Shown here in pieces: positions 34,293-43,362 of a stretch of 43,362 bases of DNA. Below the pieces are notes generated by a model. It was given only the letters and a program-made list of their open reading frames with translations, was not told where the DNA came from and ran no database searches. Source of the stretch: Macrostomum lignano (taxonomy: Eukaryota). The position numbers were made by a program, and so were the translations under genes. Every line of letters starts with the position of its first letter. The stretch's first letter is position 1. The DNA lies in assembly GCA_002269645.1 (NCBI GenBank), contig NIVC01004522.1:1-43362 (forward strand). Reading direction: 5' to 3'.

Positions 34293-35157
34293 CTCAAGCC
34301 TCGGCGTGGTGCTCGTGCAATTGTAAATAAAGTGCGCCACAGTTCTTACTCGTCTGCCCTGGCCCTATTGTGTGCCTGCGCAGCTGCTCACCTCTCTCTC
34401 CGCCTCTCTTTCAGGCCCGCAAAAGCAAAGAGACGAAGGCAACATCTTTTAGTTTTCCTGTCCCCTGCCCTAGCTGGGTCTTTTTTTCGTCCCTGGACTG
34501 CAGGCATGGTTGTGGCTATTCGGAGACATGGCGGTTGCAACAAACAGATTTGTCGCTCAAGTAATATGCTTGAATAAATTTGGGGTAGATGATGGTCGAG
34601 TAAGACTGTAGACTTCAATGAACTTTTTTCTAACCGAAATAGTAATTTTATATAAACCAGCCCGCACCTAGGTATTCACAGGTATTTCGAGTTTGCACTG
34701 GGTCAAATTTCTTGCTCTGATGAATTAATGCGGGTTTTCCGTTTCACGTTTTTAAGCCTTAGCTTGAACAAATAAATCGCACACATTTTACATTCGCCCA
34801 GAAAAGTTTCCCTAGATATTGCGACTGATTGATATATTTAAACGCGCATGTACATCTTATATACTTCACATACTGTACGCCCAGATTCAACTAAGCTTTC
34901 GGTGTACACTAGAATTTGAGAAATTACAGGAATATGGTCGCTTCCTCACTGGTCACTTACTAAATTAACTTATAATCTTATCGCATTGAACTCAGCGGGT
35001 TCGAGGGGCCGCTCAGCTGACTTAAATTTTTATGCTTGGTTTGCAGAAAGTGTTAACACAGCATTATTATCAAAGTGGAGAACTGAGTGAGTTTTTAAAA
35101 CATTTCCACAAGATTCACTGGTCAGCAAGCTAATTCTCTAAGGGACTGGCTGCAGTC

Positions 35158-38100
35158 ATGTCGCGTCTCGTAAAGAATTTGCTTTTTTTACTCATGGCAA
35201 TTCTGCTTGTGATGGCGACTGCTCATGCTCAAGGTGAGGTAGAGTACATGCTACTTCTAATTATTGTAATTTTTCTGTTCTTTAGCATGTCTGTTGAATG
35301 TACGAGCGTATCAATACGCTATCAAATGCGTTTAAACTATTCAAACCAGTCTTCATTTAATAAAGAGGTTTTCATTGAAGAGTGTCTAGCTATTATAGAA
35401 TTTAAGTCGAATGTCGAAACACACCAACCCAAGCAGAAGACACACCTACCGAGAATTGCCTACCTAAGGGAGTCACTTGTCAACCAACAATCGGTTTTGA
35501 TAATTCCGAGAGTGCAGGCAAATCTGTTGAGTATCGATACGCTTTCGAGCAGTCGATCAGCTGGTTTGAAGAAGACGGCCAACAGAGCCACAGGGGTTCG
35601 AAGCAAGCGGCCAAGCAGAGAGTTGCCTCTGGCTTGCTGACGGTTGTCAAGTTTCGCAGACAGAGCTGCGAGATGGCAGCTCGAGTGAGCGTCGACGCCG
35701 GGACCATGAACGCCTGCCCGATTTGAGGTTTGCCATCAGCGGCGGCCGAATTCGTGCCGTCTGCCTGGGAGCTGACGAGAGCGCTGGCTCATCGGCTGCC
35801 TCGCTGAACCTACAGCGAGGACTGCTGTCTATGCTGCAGACATCTGCTAGGGATTTCCACCTGCCAAAAAGCCTTGTTGAAGTATGTTCGTTAGTCTTAG
35901 TTTGAAAAAGAAACAGTCTTCTTCTAATTATAAGGAAAGTATCTATTTTCTATCTACACCCAACCAAGACTGACATCCTCGGGGATTGCGCAACCCACTT
36001 CGTGGCAACCGGACCCAACAGCTTTCGTAAAACGAAGCAACTTCAAGAGTGCCGCGGCGTGAACCGATTCGCCACGGTTGGTCCTCGAATATCGAGCTGG
36101 TTTAGCGGTGTGGTGAGCGACTGTTTAACATCGTATAAAGTGATTTTGCTGGGGCAAACGTTTCAGCGCATTTAACTGTCACTTTCCAGTCTCCAGATTC
36201 ATCCAGACGTCTAGTAACTGGCCATCAACAGTGCGACACCAGCCTACATCCAATTCATGGCTCAATCAACCTGGTCAACTGCTCAGAGAAACTCTCGCTG
36301 AATTCTCCACTTCCTGCCTCTTTTGGCTCCCTGTTAAGCTTGAAATTCGCACCAGCCTACGCTTGATTGACAGGCGTTCTGCTTCAGTACAACCGTCAAC
36401 TATGCTTAGCAAAATTTCTCGACGAACTAGTCTCAGCTATGAGAACGACGATGAGCTGGATGCTGAGTCGCCGAGAGACGATGTCGAATCGTTGCAGTCT
36501 GTACTGACCAGTCTATGCAATCAGTCAAAAGTGCGAAATCCTGCCGTGCTGGTTATGAATTTAGGAAAATTGGTCAGCAAAGTTCGCTACCCCGAACCGC
36601 TGGAGTTACTGCATCGATGGCTGACAACAAGCTTGAAGTGCTCGAATTTACGTCTTGCGAGGTGAGACCAAGTGCAATAAAGAAGAATGTAAGATGTATG
36701 TGCAGAGTCCATAGTTCCCGGATGATGTGTGCACATTAGTCGAGAGTTGCAGGGGGTCGTAACCCAGTGGTCTAGTGCGGCGCTTTCTTGTGTACCAACG
36801 GCCCAGGCTCGATTCCAAGTGCAGTCACACTAACTTTGGGGCTAAATTGGAATCTCGGCTTGGCTCTGCTCGCGCCATTAATGGCTTTAAAGGCCAATCC
36901 CTAAGGCACAGTGAAGTGTACATGCCTTGACGATAAATAAATTTAGGGCCGCTGTAAACTCGTGTGTGAGTGTGTGCCTGTGCGTATGACTGCAGCGTAC
37001 GTATCCGCGTGCTTGTGTGCCGATGTGTGACAATGTCGCTTAAAGTGCGCCAGGGTGCACACAGCCCTCTGCCTCCAGCTATTCTAGTCAAAAAGGAGAG
37101 AGTTAACGGATGATGTGTGTACATTGGGTTTATAGTTACAGAAAGTATGAATAAATTGTAAAGTGTATAGTTAATGCATAAACTGTATGCACCGGAAGAA
37201 CTAGATTGAATGGATAATTCGTGAGATTTTAGCATAATTTCAATAAAAAATACAACTAGTAGTACTACTATAGAATTTCTCAAATGCTTTTCATATCAGT
37301 TTTTTTACAGCTTTCAACCCCCTTTCTATCAAACGCAGGTGGCAATACCTGAAGACTTTGGTGCAGGCAGACATGGACGCGGGCATTGTCGCGATTTTTC
37401 GCCTTCTGGCCGATAAAAGCATCGGTGGCGGATTGCCGATTGTCGGTCCTGACAGACAAAACATCTTGAAGATATTAGCTATCCAAGCTGCTTCATCAAA
37501 GTTCCCGTTGTCCACTGCAGTGATAATTAGCGCCGTAGATTTTTCAAGACCTGCCTTACATCGTCGAACTCAAAAGCCAGCTGCTCACCCGAGGACGTCG
37601 GGCCGGCCATGCTGGCCGTCTCAGCAGTTGCGCGTCGAACGAAAGCAGCAGAACGATCAGCTGAGTTGGAATCTTCTCTGACCACTCTGCTGACCGGATT
37701 CAGCGAGGGAGATGATAAAATCAATGGGAAAGTAAGATTCATATGCTCGTTAATGAACTTGTGATAATGGTTACACGGGCTCTAATGGCAACAAAGAGTG
37801 AAAACAGAGCTAAGGATCGTGAACGAATTCAGCAGATTTTTTATCACTAGTTGGACTTTTAAACTTCTCTTGGTTTAGTTTTACTGGTAACTATATATAT
37901 TCAGGCATCGGGAGGTAAGGTAAAAAGCTAGGGTTAACTTTTTTAATCACACGACACCAATCAGAATCAACGTCACCTGACCGACTGGGCACTCCTGGCA
38001 ATCGGCAATCTCGGTCCCGATTGGGCAACTCAGGCTGTCACTTCTGTGGCTGCCTCCACAGTTGAAGCAGCTCGTCATTCTACTGGCAGACGTCTTCTGG

Positions 38101-41100
38101 CTGTCGCAGCACTTCAGAACATGCAGCCATCAGCATTGGCAGTTTCGGCGTTGGAGCGTCTGCTGATGTCGGGTGCTTTGATCAGCAGCTCTGATGGCAG
38201 AAGACTGCAGGCTGCCATTGTACGCGCCTTGCTGCCCAGGTTGGAAAAAGGCACTTGTCCAACTAACAGAAATTGGTGAGTCAATCATGTTTTTTTAAGT
38301 TGCAGGTAATTTTACCGAGGGATGTCGCGACAGAAGTCGTTACGAGTGTACCCTTAGCAACGTTGAAAACCGCCAGAGCAGTGGCCGAGCGATTGACTTC
38401 AGCTTACTACTACAGTATGCAGATGATGATGCAAGGTTTTTTAACGCTCGCTCGGGTTGTCTAGGGTGTAGGGTGGCGGTTTTCAATGTTGCTAAGTATA
38501 CATAATGAGGGGACCTTAGGGGTTGTAGCCAAGTGGTTAGAGCGTCGGACTCACAACTGAAGGTCAGGGGTTCGATTCCAAACCCACTGGAACAATTTGT
38601 GCACTTGAGCAAGACACTTAACTCTGCATTTTTTCAGTTAACCCAGCTGTAAAATGGTTACCAGCATTAGCTGGGGTAATTGACGGTGCGTGTCGCGACC
38701 CCCCAGTCCTTGGATTGAGCAGCCGTACGCAACCTTCAGATGCGCCGCGCAATAGCTGCGGCTGAGCTCTCGGTTGCACATCTGGCCCAATTGTAATCAA
38801 ATACCATTAATATTACTATCGCACAACAACAAATTTGCAGCCTTCTTAGTTCAGAACTGTGTTCTTCTGAAAGGCTTTTTGATTTAATAAACGTTATAAA
38901 GTCAATTTATTCATATTTTATACGTCCGGTACAGTGACTTTGAACTGCTAATTTTATTAATAAAGACCCTAATGACACTAATATTTCAGTCCAACGTCTC
39001 TCTCCACTGCAATCGAACGCTTGTGGAACAGCAGCAACCCAGCTGACGCAGCCTTAGCCACTTACGCACACTCTGTCGCTCGGAAACGGCTCGAAAAACT
39101 GGAATCGTCACTTTCACAGGACTCTGCGTTGAAAAGCGACGCAGCTCTGAGGCAATTGCGTCAATTGGTGGAGAAACCTCCGGCGCTTTTCTCCATCGAC
39201 CGGGCGTCGAAACCGTCGGTTCGCGCCGACAGGTTTCAGCTGGTAGACGGCCTGATTGATATCAGCTATGAGATTGACTGGGAAAGCGCTGATGCGGTGA
39301 TAATCTCGATGCCAACTCGAGCCGAGTTTCAACTGACCCTACATAACCAGATGACTGGATTTGCTGTTCCACTGCTGGATGCGGAATTGATTCGACGGTT
39401 TTCTAACGGCCCAGGTGATCATACGGCGGTCATCAGAAGAAGAGGCGATGTTACTGTAGCAGTTGACTGGACAGGCGAGTCTTCTATTGGCGATTTGCAG
39501 CGGCTTCTGTGGGACGACACGTGGATGTCTGCGACAATTGAGTCTGTTTTGATGCCGACAACATTGCAAGTGACTACAAGCCTTGGACAGGTAGGGAAAC
39601 CGAATCTTCAACTCTCCTAAGATAAAAAATCACAAAAAACGAAAACTAGAAGTACGCAAAACTTGCGATTTTTTGCGAATTTCGTTAAAGACAGGGTTTT
39701 AGCTGCAAAAATGCTTCAGCAAAATAGAAATTTTCATATTTTTTCACCGCTAACTTTGCAATATCTGGAGCCATTTATACTCGTAGAACAGATATTTCTC
39801 GACCGAAGTGATGGAAGTTAAGAGAAAGCCTCCTCTTTTTGAAGTTATCTGCTTGAAACACGTGATTCTATCTTTAATCTTCAGCCATGTTCACTCGCAG
39901 GCCCTCTTGATATCAAGCGAGGCGGCACTGATTGCAAATAGCGGTGTGTCACGGCGGCCACCGTCTGTGACTGAGAGCTTTCGAACCGATGCTCCGTCAT
40001 GCTGCAGCCGAGCTTCTCAGTTTATGCCAGTCGCTCAGTCCATCTATCAGGGTTGTCCATGGGCAGGCGGAGTTCGCGTTCAAGTGTCATCATCGATTGG
40101 GCATCTCTGGCGACGGCGATCTCTCAGTGAGCTGTTCTGGCGCTGGCAGACTTCTGATGGATGGGGCCTGTCTGTGGGTCTTCGATCGCCCCTGCAACGT
40201 CAGGAGCTGCTCAGAGTGCGCTTGATGAGTGTTCTGGCTGAAGGCAAGAATGATGCGAAAAATCCAGTGTTTAATGACACCTGGATTTCTGAAAATCAAG
40301 ACGACATTTCATCAAGACAATCTTGGCAGTTGTGCATGCGAGCTTTTTCCAGAACTATCACGGGCCACAACATTTGCGCCAGCGTTAAAAAGCAGAGACA
40401 GTGGAGTAAGTTTAGTCTAATTTTAGAGCGACAGGTGAGTTTATAATCTGTAAACGATATTTAATAAGGTTATAAAATACCTGGAGGGTCTGGGGGGAAT
40501 ATGACGGGGTTGTAGCCTAGTTGGGGGTTAGCCTAGTTGGGGGTTGTAGCCTAGTTGGGGGTTGTAGCCTAGTTGGGGTTGTAGCCTAGTTGGGGGTTGT
40601 AGCCTAGTGGGGGTTGTAGCCTAGTTGGGGGTTGTAGCCTAGTTGGGGTTGTAGCCTAGTGGGGGGGTTGTAGCCTAGTGGGGGTTGTAGCCTAGTTGGG
40701 GGTTGTAGCCTAGTGGGGGGTTGTAGACTAGTTGGGGGTTGTAGCCTAGTTGGGGAGGGTTGTAGCCTAATTGGGGGTTGTAGCCTAGTGGGGGGGGTTG
40801 TAGACTAGTTGGGGGTTGTAGCCTAGTAGGAGTTGTAGCCTAGTGGGGGGGGGGTTGTAGCCTAGTTGGGTGTTGTAGCCTAGTGGGGGGTTGTAGCCTA
40901 GTGGGGTTGTAGCCTAGTGGGGTTGTAGCCTAGTGGGGGTTGTAGCCTAGTGGGGTTGTAGCCCAATGGGGGGTTGTAGCCTAGTGGGCTGTAGCAGTGG
41001 AGGGTTGTAGCCTAGTGGTTAGAGCGTCGGACTCACGACTTGAAGTTCGGGTTCGATTCCCGATCCAATGGAACAATTTGTGTCCTTGAGAAAGACACTT

Positions 41101-43362
41101 GTAACTCTGCTTTGCTTCAGTTCACCCAGCTGTGAAATTGGTGCCAGCATTAGCTGGAGTAATTGAGACTGTGTGTGCTCTTGTTCGCGCCCAAGCTTTG
41201 AAGCGCGCCATCTGACGCTGCTTTTGTGATCTGGCAGCGTACTCTGTTGTTGTTGTTGTTGTTGTTGTGTGCTGGCGACCTCTCTTAGTCATTGGACTGA
41301 CCAGCTGTACGCAGCCTTCAGATGCGTCGCGCATATAACTAGGCGGGTGTAATTATTTTACAAAATTAAAAAAGATTAAATCTGTTACACATTTTTCCGC
41401 CATTTGCAGGATCCCAAGGCTGAACTGTTTGAAGCTACACTGGAAAAGAAAACCACCGAGACCATGTCAGAGACCAAAATAGTTTTTGGAAACCGAAACT
41501 CTCCTCAGAGACACTTCGGTTTGACAATTAATTCGCTAAATACTTCGGAAGGCAGCTTTTTAAAGTTCGACGCCAGCAACCCGTGTTTCCGGTGAGTCTC
41601 AACTCGAGTCTGCAGGCTGGAGGAGGCATCGCCGCTGCCCAGTTGTTGGCTGGCAGCCAGAGCTACTCGTTTCTTGGAAACTGGAGCCGCAACAGCTCAG
41701 ATTGGCGGTGCGTATCATTTGGGCTCGTGCACAAAAATTGACCAGTGCTTTGATTCACCCATGAGGACAACCCCAAGGCACAAAGAGTGTTCCTGCCTGA
41801 CGATTAGAAAGGCAGGGCCCTCCCTGTGCACCCTGTCGAGCGTGTGCATGAGTGCTTGTCTGCGTACAGTGTTGGCGCGCTTGTATTGTGCTCAGGATCC
41901 AGAGGAACGGGCACAATTATTTGACGATTTCGCCGAAGCCAGAATGCCCGCAACCATATCCTGCAGCTATTGCTGTCCATAATCAGATCAATTTGGCACA
42001 AAGTTCAGACCCATTACTGTGAGCCCAAGCTCTGGACTTGGTTTATTGAAAGACAAAGGTGTACTTTTCACTTCCCTTTATCAGACTGACTGGCGACGTG
42101 TCCAGAGTGGACAGATCCTGGCAGAGATTCGGTCTAGACTTGGTCTCCGATGCAGTGTCCGGCACTGATCAACTCACTGTAGATTTCCCAACGGCAGCCG
42201 GCGTATCAACAGTTTAGATGGCGACTTTGGAAGCCTACTTTGGCTCGAACTTTGCGACTTCGTGCTCGGATTTTGAAGCAGCAGTTTCTGCGCGGCTAAC
42301 CGAATCAGGCAGTAATGAGACGGCCTCTGCGCGTTTTGAATTTCTGGCGGTCGCGTGTCAATGGTTCCTCAGATAAGCTGGTGTTTGTTCAATCGACAGA
42401 AGCCGACAACTTGGGTTGGATGGATGCGGCATCGACTTGAAACCTCCGTGAGCCGAGCTGGCATTGAAAATGGCTTAGGTACTCTAAATTTAAGTTTAGG
42501 GCATCGACTTGAGTTATTTACTCATAGCGCGCTTGGAAGAAGCTTTTCAATGCTGCCGTCTGATGTTTTTCTGACAGAACCGACACGATCAATGTTTCGT
42601 TAGCAGAGACGCGAGGTGAGAAATGGCTCGCACTGTCTGGTGGGGTGAATATTTAGCCTTGTTGGCACTCTCGGGCAAAGGCTAGAAGTTCCAAAGGCTC
42701 TATTGAACCTATCTGTGTCTGATGCCGGCAGTAACTTCATGTCGCTGTGTCAAGCTCGTGGAGCTTTGACGATTTTGTCATCAAATTCAAGCAGATCGAC
42801 AACTGTACAGCTTCCATGGGGTTAATCGAAACTGCAGATGGCGTATTTCGTCCGGCGCCACTGGAAAGCTTCAACCTAGATGTTCGGTTTATTCGTTCTC
42901 CCAGCGGTATGAGAATTTATAAAGAAACTGACGGCATAGCATTCAATATCAAGCACTACTGGCCAGCTTTGACCTCACTGAACCAGTCTCTGCGATTGAC
43001 AATTGACACGCAGAGATTCCGAGAACCTAAGCATTCCAAGAACGCAATTACTTTCAACAATCCTTGTTGCACCTGCCTGAGAACCGTGGTCTGACGCATC
43101 AGATCAGCGCAGATGCAGCCTTTGCCGAGAACTTCAGCCTGACAAATCAACTCAGTTGGCTTGCCTATCGCAGAGGTTTCTTCAAACTTGTCAGCTTGTT
43201 CGAGCTAAACGGAAAGTGCCTGTTCAGGATGAAACAGCAGGTTGATGGCTGAAAACTACTCAGCCAGTGCATCAACATGGTGGCATCGAGTCGGCTACGC
43301 TCTCACTGTTGAACTCCAAATAACTCGCATCTCCTACGCAGCGGCGTTGAAAATTTCCACCC
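35158..43362 (+). CDS. Large lipid transfer protein (apolipophorin/ApoB/vitellogenin-type LLT domain), multi-exon, 3'-incomplete, several apparent -1 frameshifts
   Basis: Signal peptide exon 35158-35233. Further exons: 35407-35881, 35969-36112, 36190-36661, 37339-37731, 37965-38275, 38990-39590, ~39901-40434, 41410-41591, with fragments beyond. Splice phases are compatible once the frameshifts are allowed for. Motifs: GKSVEYRYAF, LRFAISGGRIRAVC..LNLQRGLLSMLQ, VE|TDILGDCATHF..FRKTKQLQEC, C-x-EK, RTSLSYE, LLAIGNLG, LQPSFSV..MG, ITGHNICASV. Confidence 0.78.
36738..37106 (+). mobile_element. tRNA-headed SINE-like insertion in an LLTP intron
   Basis: A-box-like TAACCCAGTGGTCTAGTGCGG (~36760) and B-box-like GGCTCGATTCC (~36806). 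Flanked by a 19-bp direct repeat CGGATGATGTGTG(C/T)ACATT (36719-36737, 37107-37125). Confidence 0.6.
38347..38502. mobile_element. About 156-bp MITE
   Basis: CTTAGCAACGTTGAAAACCGCCA (38353-38375) and TGGCGGTTTTCAATGTTGCTAAG (38474-38496) match 22/23 as inverted repeats. Confidence 0.7.
38519..38752 (+). mobile_element. tRNA-derived SINE with CORE-like domain (copy 1)
   Basis: A-box TAGCCAAGTGG, B-box GGTTCGATTCC, then TGTGCACTTGAGCAAGACACTTAAC...CAGCTGTAAAATGG, similar to the MIR/CORE block. Homologous to 41002-41333. Confidence 0.8.
40506..41001 (+). repeat. ~18-bp G-rich minisatellite (GGGGGTTGTAGCCTAGT), about 28 copies, identical to the 5' end/A-box of the adjacent SINE
   Basis: Directly visible; the last unit runs straight into GGTTAGAGCGTCGGACTC of SINE copy 2. 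Confidence 0.95.
41002..41333 (+). mobile_element. tRNA-derived SINE with CORE-like domain (copy 2), carrying an 86-bp internal insertion
   Basis: A-box TAGCCTAGTGG, B-box GGTTCGATTCC, CORE-like TGTGTCCTTGAGAAAGACACTT. Insert 41180-41265 ends in (GTT)7 and is flanked by TGTGTGCT repeats. Confidence 0.8.

Noticed and set aside
35158-35640. 160-aa read-through ORF with two hydrophobic segments
   Set aside because: The second hydrophobic stretch is the translated AT-rich intron and polypyrimidine tract; LLTP motifs lie in another frame after 35407.
38519-38590. tRNA genes at 38519, 41002 and 36752
   Set aside because: Acceptor and anticodon stems do not pair properly and the heads continue into SINE bodies.

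Overview
Eukaryotic (metazoan) genomic DNA with spliceosomal GT-AG introns, AT-rich intergenic DNA, GC-richer exons and many mini/microsatellites. The overall style suggests a free-living flatworm such as Macrostomum, but that is inference only. In order, the window holds: (1) a 5'-truncated RNase H-bearing non-LTR retrotransposon (LOA/Lian-like) with a 13-bp TSD and its RT core missing; (2) a head-to-tail cluster of three large paralogous genes (4180-20627), each encoding 6 or 9 tandem LRAT/H-NC (permuted NlpC/P60)-like modules, of which only the last keeps NCEHF, followed by about 3 TM helices; this is the main candidate for an undescribed system; (3) a Gypsy integrase/LTR relic between paralogs A and B; (4) an intact 5-exon Rab2 gene whose introns carry nested hAT/MITE elements and several minisatellites and show strong CpG depletion; (5) a 1.7-kb purine-rich satellite; (6) an unrecognised minus-strand gene; (7) a multi-exon large lipid transfer protein (apolipophorin/ApoB/vitellogenin-type) gene that runs off the window end and is masked by repeated -1 frameshifts. 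Its introns hold tRNA-derived SINEs and a minisatellite built from the SINE A-box. All calls are by eye from motifs; no database searches were run.
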